64,000 nt of DNA from Podarcis bocagei. Taxonomy: Eukaryota. The notes under the pieces are model-generated. The model worked only from the letters and a program-made list of their open reading frames with translations, was not told where the DNA came from and searched no databases. Each line of letters begins with the position of its first letter. Within the stretch, counting starts at the first letter, position 1. This document shows positions 49,354-60,585 of this stretch, piece by piece. Made by a program: the position numbers and the translations under genes. The stretch lies in the NCBI GenBank assembly GCA_964188305.1, contig OZ076885.1. The stretch is one strand, 5' to 3'.

Positions 49354-50050
49354 CAGTTACAGATAGGTAGCCGTGTTGGTCTGCCATAGTCAAAATAAAA
49401 AAATTCCTTCCAGTAGCACCTTAAAGACCAACTAAGTTAGTTCTTGGTATGAGCTTTCGTGTGCATGCACACTTCTTCAGATACACTGAAACAGAAGTTG
49501 CCAGATCCTTCTATATAGTGAGAAGGTGGGGAGGGGTATTACTCAGAAGGGTGGTGGGAATGGGAGATTGGCAGATAAGCTGAGATGAGCCTGTTGACGA
49601 CTCTTAATGACTGCAATAGGTCTTACAGGAAAAGGCAAGGGGTGAGAAGGTGAAAAATGGCTTAGTCATGTATAATGAGATAAGAATCCAATGTCTTTGT
49701 TCAGACCAGGTCTCTCCATGGTTTTGAGTTTGGTAATGAGTTGCAATTCAGCAGCTTCTCTTTCCAGTCTATTTCTGAAATTCCTTTGTAGTAAAACAGC
49801 TACTTTGAGATCTTCTATAGAATGTCCTGGGAGATTGAAGTGTTCTCCTACTGGTTTCTCTGTTTTGTGATTCTTGATGTCAGCTTTATGTCCGTTTATT
49901 CTTTGGCGTAAGGTTTGGCCTGTTTGTCCAATATAGAGAGCTGAAGGACACTGTTGGCATTTGATGGCATACACAATGTTAGACGATGAGCAATTAAATA
50001 GTCCCGAGATGGTATGTGTGATGTTGTTGGGGCCAGTAATGGTGTCAATA
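49354..50050 (-). mobile_element. Penelope-like retroelement, 5'-truncated: GIY-YIG endonuclease domain plus 3' region
   Basis: Open frame FNCSSSNIVYAIKCQQCPSALYIGQTGQTLRQRINGH...VGEHFNLPGHS...EREAAELQLI...GLN, stop at 49666; followed by a PLE-type terminal region with a hammerhead motif; 5' boundary approximate. Confidence 0.95.
49447..49484 (-). ncRNA. Minimal type I hammerhead ribozyme of the Penelope element
   Basis: Minus strand GUAU-CUGAAGA-A-GUGUG-CAUG-CACAC-GAAA-GC-UC-AUAC: intact CUGANGA and GAAA core, stem I GUAU/AUAC, stem II, palindromic AGCU stem III, NUH site CUC. Confidence 0.85.
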
Positions 50051-50607
50051 TTAAGTATATAGATAGGTTTGTGAAATGAACGAATGACATCACTGAATAT
50101 GTTCAAAGCACGAGCAACCTTTTTTCCAGTTATGATGGCAGCATGCTGAATAGTTGAACCTGCATGTATGCATCTTGAAATGTTCTTGACTGCTGGAAAA
50201 CAGCTTTTTTTCTGAAAATGTAGAATAGCACCCAAATTATGAATAAGGCAAACCCCTTGGATTTATTTATTTTTTTACTTAAGTTACTGCAAAATGAATT
50301 GCCTCAAAATTAATATTTTTGGCCCTGCTATCCTATTAACAGACTATATTCAATGGAAAGGTGTCAGTTACTCTGAGTATGGCTAATGTGCAAATACTCA
50401 AATTCTAATGTTGCTTTTTATAAAATGAAATTTAAAGTTGGAGAAGAATGACATTCAGAAAAATGACTCTGAAGATAGTAATATAATTAAACCTATTTTT
50501 TCTGAAGATAAAAGTACCTCTTGTATATGCACAATGGTTCAGAAAATATAAAGCATGTGGTGTTTGAATTAGCTGTTTTAATTTCATCAAGCTGAATGGT
50601 TTTACAG

Positions 50608-50673
50608 ATGGAACATTCAGAAGGAACAGTAATGCAAATAGGGGAACTTTCTCAAGGAATAAACAACCTCACA
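50608..50673 (+). CDS. PPFIBP2: PPFIBP2 long-isoform exon, MEHSEGTVMQIGELSQGINNLT (0/0)
   Basis: tacag|ATG...ACA|gtaagt, 66 nt; similar to recalled PPFIBP1 MEDSEGTVRQIGAFSEGINNLT. Confidence 0.92.
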
Positions 50674-51491
50674 GTAAGTACTAATTTATCATTCATAACC
50701 TCATCGTATGTGCTAATTCAAAACTGAGATGAGGTGTATTGATATGTTAATTACTCATGTTCATTTATATTCATTTATAGTTAAAACTCCTATAAGTAAG
50801 ACTATATTATGGAGTTCAATTAAAAGCACAAATTTGACCTAAGTAAATTTACATTTTAAGGACTGGAATGGAAATATTTATAGCTTTGTAGATTGCACGT
50901 GAAATGAGTTTATCTTTCCTAATGACTTAAGCAAATTTTCAGTCGTATGAGAAGAGAACTTTAGGTTATTACATGCATTTTGCAAAACAAGTCAAATGCA
51001 GAAAGGGATTATCTGCATAGGAAAACGTGTTTAATGCATGCCACAATTGCCTTTTGATCCCAGTCTGCATTGCGACATTTGCTGAACTAGCTTTCCAAGG
51101 CTATTAGTTATGTACAAATGCCAGTAAAGGACATGAGCCACTGCTTTATTTGTTGAACAGTTACATCTATTTCTCCATACACCTGACATTCTCAAAAGTC
51201 AAAGTCTTGTTGCTTATACTATGCATGACCTTCATTCCACACACTATAAACACTATAAATTTCAGGGATTAAATTTGCCTGAAAGCAAATGAAATAGCTA
51301 AGCAAATTACTTGTGTGCAACTAGCTTCTACTGTTTCCAATTAGGTTAGTAAACTGGATGTTATATATAATAATTATCTTGAATAAGCTGTTCATAATTT
51401 ATGCCTATGTAAATCTCCGCTAAATCTGTAGAGGATCTAATCACTTACATCTGTGATTTATGAAGTCTACTATGGTTTGTTTTTTTTCCAG

Positions 51492-51560
51492 ACTATGTTA
51501 AGCCAAGATCAGTTGCTGAATGATGATAGATTTTTAACAACAACGTTTGAGGACTGGTGA
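51492..51560 (+). CDS. PPFIBP2: PPFIBP2 long-isoform terminal exon, TMLSQDQLLNDDRFLTTTFEDW*
   Basis: ttccag|ACT...TGG TGA, 69 nt; similar to recalled mammalian TMLSQDQLLND...DW. Confidence 0.9.
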   Translation, partial: TMLSQDQLLNDDRFLTTTFEDW

Positions 51561-54500
51561 TGAAGATTCCATGTGACCAACACCGCTCTTAATACCTCAG
51601 TTGTATTAGGGGATATGACTGGTCCAGGCTGGGTGCTCTGTTTAAAAATATGCCACTGAAATGTGTGAAACCTTTTTAAGTGCTGTTTTTCACATCTCCC
51701 ACCCCAACAGCAATGAAACCCCTAAGGTCTAGGTACTTAATACATGCAGTCAAAGAACCTATGCAACATTTTTAGAAGTAGTAAAATTAAGAGTATGTAA
51801 ATATATTTTAAAGCACAGTGAGCAATTTACTAGTCAGTGATCCATTTTCTATATTTTGTACTTGCTCATGGTGCATATTATTGGAATCACGTTAGTTTTC
51901 TAAGGTATCACCCCTTATGAATGGTTAGTACAACCAACACCATGTTTTTCTTCCAGTCTGGTATAACGATCCCCTGGTATGATAAATATGCTAATTATTT
52001 ACTTGACCACTTACACTAAAGCTGTATCTAATGTGTCTCCTGTTGGACACTAACACTCCCACCCTTTAAAGACTATTCCAGTCCAGTATTCAGTTTTCCT
52101 CTCTCCCTCCCAACTTGTGTTCTGCATTGTACATGAGGTCTGCAATAAGAAAATGCATTGTCCTTTACTTCATAAGGCCAAGTAGTGAAGTGGTACCCCA
52201 CTGGCATGATTATTTCTTTCTGTGACATTCTCCCTTACCAGCATCTCTCATATTGGACGAGCTAAAAAAAATCTCCACTCAAGATGCAATGAAAATATTC
52301 ATTTACCTTAATACTGCATTTCTTAAATGCTGCAGTTTCACTCTTGCAGTATGCTTACAGTGGATTAATTTCTAAGGATTTGTGCTCAATGAGCTTTTTA
52401 CCATAATAGCTAAAAACAAAACACTTCTCAAAAAATGATGTTTAGAGAGCATGAACGGACCAAATGGACTACCAGAAAGCAGTAAAACCACCAGCTACTT
52501 GAAACGTAGATAATATTGTGAGGACTGCCTTCCTTAATAATGCCTGCTATAAATTTAAGGAATTAATTGGAAGAAGGGGGTTACTTTAACTTTTCAACCT
52601 AAATTGTGAAGCAAGCAGTGGCCCTTTCATACACCCAGGCTTTTTTCTGTCAAAGTCTCAGTAGTTCTGCAGATAGAATGTTGTAAGCCTGCCACAAATC
52701 AGGAGATTAAGATAAGTTTTCCCATTTCATAAATATTCTGGAGGCAGAAGTTTCCACACTAGGGGAAAAAGTTGTCCTTAATTTAAAGCATTTGTATTAC
52801 CTACTTTCTTCATTGAAGCATTCATGTGATTGTTATTAGGACTGTTGTACTGCACACAGCTGCTTCTTGTTTCCTTTATGAAAATCAGAACACTGTTCAA
52901 AAACTGGCTTTATAGCAAATAGCAGTTCCATGAGCATTTTGTATCTGCTTGTTTTGTTCCTAAATCTTTGCTCATGCAGATCTGCTCTAAAGACCTTCAA
53001 GCCTGCTCTAGTGTAGTACTGTGGACATCTACACATCATTAGGCAAGGGTACCACCTGCTGGTGACAAAGTTTTGGTCGCAAAAAACACACATTCCAAAT
53101 GTAACTTATGTTGCCATCCTAATAATAATAGCACAACTCTGAATGTTTTTATTTTGCAAGAGAGAGATCAACATGCAGCCAGCAGACATCCATTGAATCA
53201 AACTGTGAAAGCTGGGGTGGGTGGCCGTTTGGACTTTACTATTAAGTAACAGGTCCTTGAATGCTTGTACAAGATGAATACTTGAAGCATAAGCTACTTA
53301 ATGGCTTTTCAGCCCTGGAGAGCTTTTGAACGTATTTATATCTGTCATTTCTTACAGTTCTTGAGCTAGTGCACGCTCTTAACGTCAAAAGCATGAAAAA
53401 GTATGTTGTATGTCATTTTTACAAAGGTGACTGTTGAAGCATATGCATGCATACAGCCTGTACTAGGGTTTGTGGTCTGGATGATGCCACCTCTCTGAAG
53501 CAAAGCAGGGCTGAGTCTGGTCAGTGCTTTGGGTGGGTGACTCTCAACGACATGTATGTCACCTTGAATTCCGTAAAGGAAAAAAGGTTGGCACTAAGTG
53601 TAAGAAAATAAAATTGGTTAAAAAATGTTCCCAGAAAGGTTTTCCTATTTGACACACAGGTATGAATGTTTGGCTCAGAGAGCTCCAATGTTGCAGAAAG
53701 AGTTTCATGAGCAACAGTCAATGAATATACTTCAAGGCTATTAAGAATTGGTGGTGTAATGTTTTGAATATGAATAAGCTACGTCAAGACTTGCATGAGC
53801 AATATGGCTCAAATGTATATGTATATATTTCCTAGCTTGTCATCAGTATTATCTAGAATAGCTTATTGTGGCAATGTTTAGATTATTGTTACAGTATGAT
53901 TAGACAATGTCATAGCAGCTGGGTGGTTAAGACACTGGAAGACACTCCCTGCAGTGTCTTCCAGTGCAGTTTATGCAGGAAACAGACCATATTTGTGTCT
54001 TAGTCCAAGTACTAGGCATGGTATTTTGGCTATATGGCTTAAGGGAAGCTGTAAGAGGAGGTTTACTGCCCAAATGCTGCATACATGGTTCTGAAATTAA
54101 AGACTGAATCCTGCTGAGACTGATTGCCTGCCCCCACCCCCCACTTTTACATCCACCACCCTCCTTCCTTTGGAAGAGCACCTGTCCAACAGTGAAGCTC
54201 TTCATGCTGTCCAACCTATAAAATGGGCTTTGACTTTCATGCTCCATTGGCAGCATGGCCCCAACAGATAGGATGGTCTCAACAGTAGATTTCACTTTCT
54301 GCCTACTCGTGCATGGTTCTTACAGGAGGCACTGGTGTTCCCCCTGGTTTTCTGAGATGGGGTTCACTAAAGCTGATGGCATGTGAAAAATCCGGGCGGG
54401 GGGAGAGAGACAGTGACAGAATAATGAACATACTTGAATGGTCATTGTGAAGTAAATTATATTACTGCATCACAAACAAATTTTACAAAACAATTTGAGG

Positions 54501-54506
54501 TTTATT
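54501..54506 (-). terminator. Candidate CYB5R2 poly(A) signal (AATAAA on - strand)
   Basis: Plus-strand TTTATT about 700 nt past the CYB5R2 stop, followed on the - strand by a U/GU-rich tract. Confidence 0.6.
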
Positions 54507-54668
54507 AAATGGAAAACTGTTAGCTTCCCCGATAGCCTTTTTAAATGCAGCATTATTCTACTGGTTATAGAACTACTTTTGGACAAAAGAAGCTGCTGTA
54601 ATTACATAGTTGCAACAGTTTAAGCAGCATCTCAATGCAGAGGAAGGCATAACCTAGCACCGTTAGTA

Positions 54669-55001
54669 CAGTGGTGCCTCGCAAGACGAAAAGAATCCGT
54701 TCTGTGATTCTCTTCGTCTAGCGGTTTTTTCGTCTTGCGAAGCAAGCCCATTGAAGGATTAGCGGATTAGCGCTATTAGCGGCTTTTATCGGCTTATCTG
54801 CTGATCGGATCAGCTGATAAGCGGCTTAGTGGCTTAGAAAAGGGGGGGAGGGGGGGAAACCAGCAGGAACTCGCAATACATTGTCGTCTTGCGAAGCAAG
54901 CCCATAGGAAATTCGTTTTGCGAAGCACCTCCAAAACGGAAAACTCTTTCGTCTAGCGAGTTTTCCGTCTTGCGAGGCATTCGTCTTGCGGGGCACCACT
55001 G
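54669..55001. mobile_element. Tigger/pogo-like MITE in the putative CYB5R2 3' UTR
   Basis: TA|CAGTGGTGCCTCGCAAGACGAA...TTCGTCTTGCGGGGCACCACTG|TA; internal repeats of TCGTCTTGCGAAGCAAGCCCA; CpG-rich. Confidence 0.9.
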
Positions 55002-55199
55002 TATGAGAAGCAGTGTTGATATAAACACCGGTTGCCATACATCCAGATTATCCCAGACATTTTGGGGATTTCCAATGGCCACATCCCAGCTATGTCCTGG
55101 AAATACCACTCCCATCAGTCATCAATTTTACTACTTGCTTTAACACAAAATTTATATGTACCAACAACGTACTATAAAAGGGATGGTACAACTTCCGGT

Positions 55200-55372
55200 T
55201 TAATAAGCAAAAGTGTTTTCTTTGGCATACCCTAGCTTTTCAAGATTAGGCAGACAAGCAAACTGAATCATAGGTGGGGGTCCACACATCAGAATCAGAG
55301 TCTCACTGGCAGGGGGAGGCATATGTTCTTTTATCATGCTATCCGTAATAAAACCAGCACTATACTTCCAGT
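55200..55372 (-). CDS. CYB5R2: CYB5R2 last exon, (D)[56 protein letters not shown]
   Basis: ttcag|AC...TAT TAA, 173 nt. Confidence 0.96.
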
Positions 55373-56208
55373 CTGAAATGAAAAAATGGTGGACATAGTT
55401 AGAAAGCTTCAGGGCTAGTCTTCCATATTAATTACTTGTCTATTATATCACCTTAAGAATGCATCAGATATGTCTACTATGTGATATCCAGAGAGGGTTT
55501 GATCATGATCCAAACACATTTAGCTCTCTTATCTAGAAGAGCTTCCCGATTCAGTTCCATAAAGCCCCTGAATTGAATGAGTGAGACCATCCTGCATGGC
55601 AGGAAACCAGTGGTCCACCAGATAGTTCTGGACTTCCCCACCATGCTGGGTGGAGGCTGATGGGAAACTGGAGCTCAGCAACACAACTCCTGACAGGTGG
55701 CCATCAGGTCTCCAGCTGACAGTTTGATGCACATTCCAAAGACGTAACTAGAACCTAGTAAAGCTCTTACTGAATCTTACAAACAGCATGTATAAAATGC
55801 AACAATCTATATGGGGCAGGCTCCTGGTCTTAATCCAAGAGGGGAAAAAGTTGCTGGTTGTTCCTTAGAGCTGCTGTTCCTTCTTCTCCTCTCACCTCCC
55901 TCAAAAGTAAATCCTAACCATCATGATTCCTGTGGTTACCCCCCAAAGAAAAGTCTTAACACCTGATTTTTTGTCTTACTAGTGAAATAGCATTTTGCTT
56001 TGCAAGGGTTCCTGGGGTGCATCATCAACGACAACCAGGAAAAATGACCGAAGACAGAAAAATCCTGGTTCACAAACTTTAAAAGCTCACTAGAATTTAT
56101 CTAACATCATAGCAAGGCAAACTTATCCCTTCACTAGAAGTGTGCCATACTCAAATTATTTGCATACAAGTAGAAGCTTCATTAGTCTGTAAAGCCAGAG
56201 TCACTTAC

Positions 56209-56308
56209 CCTGAGGTGGTCTGTCCAAAGTGTACCACAGTTTAAACTGATCCGAGTTATTTGCTGCTACATCTTCAAGCTCTGGTCTCAATAATATATCT
56301 TCTTCTGT
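56209..56308 (-). CDS. CYB5R2: CYB5R2 exon, [33 protein letters not shown] (0/1)
   Basis: gatag|ACA...CAGG|gtaagt, 100 nt. Confidence 0.96.
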
Positions 56309-56727
56309 CTATCGGTAGAAGGTCAGTGAAACATCCACGAAGTACAATAATTGGGAGATTCATGCATACACACACCTCTCTCAATCACCTTTATGCACCA
56401 TTGTTTCTAACTTCACTGCCCCCTCTTATTTTTACCTTATTAGGTAAAATCAATCAGCTCCTCAAAAGTTTAGCATTGAGGCCTTTGCTTAGAACAGAAT
56501 TCCAGTGAAGCAGAGCAAACTGACCTTACTTCTGAGTAAGTGTTATTAACATTAACTTTCTGGCCAAACTTTCTGGTTTATCCTGGATGGGAAAATGCAT
56601 ACAAGCTGCCTTCTCTGGCTGCCTCCTAACACTCAAACTGTTGTCAAATCCCTGTTTCAGTTCCACTGCTCAAAATCCTTTGTGAGAACCACAGAGAAAA
56701 ATGAATAAACTAGAGAAGTCTACTCAC

Positions 56728-56813
56728 CTGGTTAGCAAAAAGAAGGTAACACTTGGTGTTATCTTTGGGGTCCTTTGTAATGTGACGAATTAGTTGAAGC
56801 ATTGGAGTAATTC
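56728..56813 (-). CDS. CYB5R2: CYB5R2 exon, (G)[28 protein letters not shown] (1/0)
   Basis: tatag|GA...CAG|gtgagt, 86 nt. Confidence 0.96.
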
Positions 56814-57083
56814 CTATAAAAATCAAAGCCAAAAGCAACTAGATGTTTATTTTGCATTCCCACAATCAGAGACCCAGTGCTGCCTTATCCTAATTGGATT
56901 TTTGTAAGATTTTAGATTACTCCGTCCCAGATTTTGTTTGACTAGCTGTAAAGTAGGACAAGGGGAAATGGACTGCTTAGCAGTAGTGCTTGATGATTAG
57001 CCTGCATTTACTGTATTGAGTGTAGCTGAATTCACACTCCAGACTAAATCTCTTAGATTGGTAAGTACATTCCTAAGGATGAC

Positions 57084-57140
57084 AACATCATCATCATTAT
57101 TATTATTATTACTACTACTACTACTACTACTACTATTAAT
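57084..57140. repeat. Compound (CAT)n(TAT)n(TAC)n microsatellite, probably the tail of an adjacent L2-like fragment
   Basis: Trinucleotide runs directly followed by gcccatctggctgggtttccacagccac. Confidence 0.85.
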
Positions 57141-57298
57141 TATTTATTTAGTTATTTCTACCATGCCCATCTGGCTGGGTTTCCACAGCCACCCGGTGGG
57201 ATCAATACTACCTGCTCCAAGATGGTAACTATTCCAGAATTATTGCATGACCCTAAGGTCTTGTGCTCAGGATGTTTTCACTGAACCAGACAGTTATA

Positions 57299-58463
57299 CC
57301 GTATTTTTCTCTCTATAACCCGCAGATTTTTTCTCCTAAAAAGGAAGGGGAAATGTCTGTGCGTGTTATGGAGCGAATGTGTGGTCCCTGGAGCCGAAAA
57401 ATCAGGCAAAAATCAAATCGCGCTTCACGGAGAAGGGAAACCTGAAAAGAGGAAGTGGCTGCTTTCCTGCATTCTGCCTCAGGGTCTTACTGCCCACCCT
57501 CTCTGTTTCATTGCTGTGTTTGCTCAAACGGAACAAAGAGCAGGGAAAGCCCCTCCCCTCCAGGCAAGCAGAGGGGAAAGCAGAGCGTCCTTCCTTCTAT
57601 CCTCTCCCTGCTCCGGAGGGAACAATGTGAAGGGAAGAGAGATTACAGGTTCAGCTTAAAATTCTGATTTGACTTCCTGCTTTTTGTTTTTGAAGACACA
57701 CAGCATTCAAATATGCTTTCTTCCATTTAAAAGGATGAAATCCTTAAACAGTGTTTTGCCTGTAAATTCATGCGATCTGGAAGATTACAGTGTCTGTACC
57801 TCTTAAGGGATGGCAAAGCTTAGGTTTCACTGCTAAATAGTTCTTAATGCAGTTAAAATGCTTTCTTCTGTCAAGGCAATTAAAAAAAAATATATACCAG
57901 GCAGCCGGAAAACATGCAGGTGGGAGGGAGAGAGAGAGAGAGCGAGCACGCTGGCTGGCTTGTGTGGGTGGGTGGGGGAAAACTTTTGCCTTCCTTTCCT
58001 CACGTTATAGCCCTCTCCTGCATTCTTAGCCAGCTGCTTCTCTGCACACCCCTCTAGTGCTCCTTGTCCTGTGTTTTTCCTTCCCTCCCCACTTAAAATG
58101 TGGTTACAAAGCATGGATCCACATGGATCCTCAGGATCTTTGCATTGGGTCAGCCAAAATTCACCATCAGAGCACATAGCATGTCCATGGCTACAGCCTG
58201 CCCCCCAAAAATCACGCACCCACTGTTGCCTGGGGCTGCAGTGGTGCAAAAACGTGGTTACAAAGCATGGATCCACAGGGATTCTCAGGATTTTTGCATT
58301 AGGTCACCCCAAATTCACCATCAGGTCACATGTCTGTGGCCACAGCATGAAGCACAAAAATGATACGTCCACTGTTTCATTCAGAATGTTTTTTCCCTTG
58401 TTTTCCTCCTCTAAAAACGATGTGCGTGTTATGGTCAGGTGCGTTATAGAGCGAAAAATACGG
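57299..58463. mobile_element. 1.17-kb non-autonomous Tc1/mariner (Tc2/pogo-type) element
   Basis: TA|CCGTATTTTTCTCTCTATAAC...GTTATAGAGCGAAAAATACGG|TA; no transposase ORF recognised. Confidence 0.88.
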
Positions 58464-58857
58464 TAGATCACTCAGTTCTCAAACTGATGTTGGCCAGAGC
58501 GTTACTAGGGTGCAACACAGAAAGCACTCCTGCCTCTTAGCGGCCCCACAATTGCCCCACAAGAATGCACCCACAGCTTCTCCCACCCAGCTCTTCCTGC
58601 AATGCTACCTTCCACCCTTCTGCCATGGGGCAAAAGGAGACTTCTCCAGCAGGTGAAAGGAAACAGTGGCTGATGCAACTGAATATTGAGCTGAGTCCTC
58701 TGACATGAAGGACTTCAGAAGTGCCCACAATGAATAAGGGAAAGCCTCAAGCTAGCCCCACCCAAAGTTTAATGATCACATAAAATATATGCAGTAACCT
58801 TAGTTCTTGCCATGTGCTCAGCCCTATCTGTCCCCTCACCAAGGCATAATATCATAC

Positions 58858-58941
58858 CTGTTCCTCCAGCTATCATTCCAACATGTTTTGCAAACTTTAT
58901 CCTTGCTTCAGACTTCTTATCTGGCTTGATAGAAAATTTAC
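58858..58941 (-). CDS. CYB5R2: CYB5R2 exon, (G)KFSIKPDKKSEARIKFAKHVGMIAGGT (1/1)
   Basis: cacag|GT...ACAG|gtatga, 84 nt. Confidence 0.96.
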
Positions 58942-59554
58942 CTGTGTGAAAATGAGATTACAGCTGTCAAAGCAAACCAAAGAGTGAACCTATGACCATT
59001 TCAGCAGCATTTAATCACTGTGCCATGCAATACTGCTCTTTAAATCTGCAATCCTATGTAAACCTACTGAAACAGTAGGCTTTACCTCCAAGAAAACACA
59101 GGATTGAGCTACAGAGCCAGTCACTCATCATATTAACAGTGAGGCAATATAGTTTAGCCAGTAGAAGCCAGTATTTATAGGTTGGAGTACATTGCTTCAT
59201 TTACAGCAGCTAACATGGAATAGAAAACTATGTAATTAAGGCTGTAATTCTGTGCATAGTTACATGAGAGTACATCCCACTGCACACAGTGGGACTTACT
59301 TTCAAGTAAACATGCATAGGATTGCACTGTAAGAGAAGGTATTGATGCACATGTATTTTAAAAAGGACTGGAGTTAGCAATTATCTCAGCAAAAAAAAAT
59401 AAAATGCATTATTATTTAAAGCATTATTATTTTAAAAAAGAAAAAGAGGTGCCCAGAGCAGCTTACAAATATAAGTGATATGTTTAGAAGTTGCTCTGGA
59501 CAGTGTGATCCTTTTTAAATTTTGAGTTTGCCTCTTTCTTTCTCCCTACCAATA

Positions 59555-59556
<2 letters not shown>

Positions 59557-59593
<37 letters not shown>
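59557..59593. repeat. (GT)n microsatellite
   Basis: About 18 GT units. Confidence 0.95.
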
Positions 59594-59595
<2 letters not shown>

Positions 59596-60124
59596 CATGT
59601 CTTTTAGTTTATAAGCCTGAGGTGAGTGACACAAGAGAGAGAGAGAAATATTGGTAGGAAGAAAGAAAAAGGCAAACTCGGGGCACTGTTTTTCAATTGT
59701 AGAGTTCTTGTAATGACAGCCTGGAATTGAAAGATTTCCATAAGTCCAAATATTTGTGATATCTCAGCAGAACTGATGGAGAGGCCCTGCAGTCCACTCT
59801 GTCTCCCTTCCACAGAGTCTGATGAAATGACTGCTCCAATTCTACTGCAGCACATGATAGCTTAAATGATTTAGATACACATCATCTTGAAGCCCCCCTG
59901 CTTCAGCTGAGATGCTGTAACTCTTATCTCTCAGTGACCTCTGCCCATCTGTCTCTCAAGAGCACCATCACTGTTCAGTTGTCACAAATTCCTGTTGATT
60001 ACCCTCTTCGGCATACTAATGTTACAGTGTTCGGACAACAGGTGAAGTACTGCCCCAAATATCTTCTTCATCACATAATCTAGCAGCTATTTTAAAGCAT
60101 GTGGAGTCTGTGACCTTATTGTAC

Positions 60125-60254
60125 CTGACCCCTTGTATACCAGAAGTCCATTAGGTCCTCTGAAGTCAATGGTATCACCAATCTTCATGCTGTCTAAATG
60201 CTGGGACATCTTCCCACCTTCTGGAAACTTGGGGTGAATGTTTTTGTAGTAAAC
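60125..60254 (-). CDS. CYB5R2: CYB5R2 exon, [43 protein letters not shown] (0/1)
   Basis: aacag|GTT...TCAG|gtacaa, 130 nt. Confidence 0.97.
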
Positions 60255-60585
60255 CTGTTTGAAGAGGAAGTGGGGAAACACACAACAGTGGTAGAAAGAA
60301 TTTAGCCATTTTACTTTAAGGCAACAGTGAGGTGCAATGGAAAGGAGTAAATAACAACATTTTTCACTCTGCCCTTTGAGCTAAAACCAAGTGTCACAAT
60401 TGTCTGTTATCACACAAAACATGAAATAGGACCCAGAAAATCCCAGGTTTCCCAGAGTTTGTAACAAAAAAACCACTGCACTTCTATTTACCCTACCAGA
60501 TAAACTTTAAGAACTCAAGTCTAAAGTACTAAGTCTTATTTGGTCTCTGGATAAGCTTTTGGTAAGAAGTCATCCTAGAAGTAGG

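Larger units (their letters stand above)
3185..51560 (+). other. PPFIBP2: PPFIBP2 (liprin-beta-2) gene body, 5'-incomplete, multi-exon
   Basis: Spliced exons give ETYQERLTRLEGDKESLILQVSVLTDQVEAQGEKIRDLE..., then three SAM domains (FAQWGTERVCNWLEDFGL, WLDDIGLPQY, WSNHRVMEWLRSVDLAEY), matching recalled liprin-beta-2. Tail-to-tail with CYB5R2 as in human 11p15. Confidence 0.97.

Noticed and set aside
50051-50235. N-terminal part of the 189-aa ORF as Penelope protein
   Set aside because: Does not resemble the PLE RT or linker; appears to be flanking host DNA that is open by chance
51558-51563. TGA TGA as selenocysteine or programmed read-through
   Set aside because: No SECIS-like structure or read-through context recognised; the W-stop matches the recalled mammalian isoform end
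57833-58466. Cluster of 87-147-aa ORFs as transposase remnants
   Set aside because: No HTH or DDE/D motif; the repeated peptide reflects the internal direct repeat
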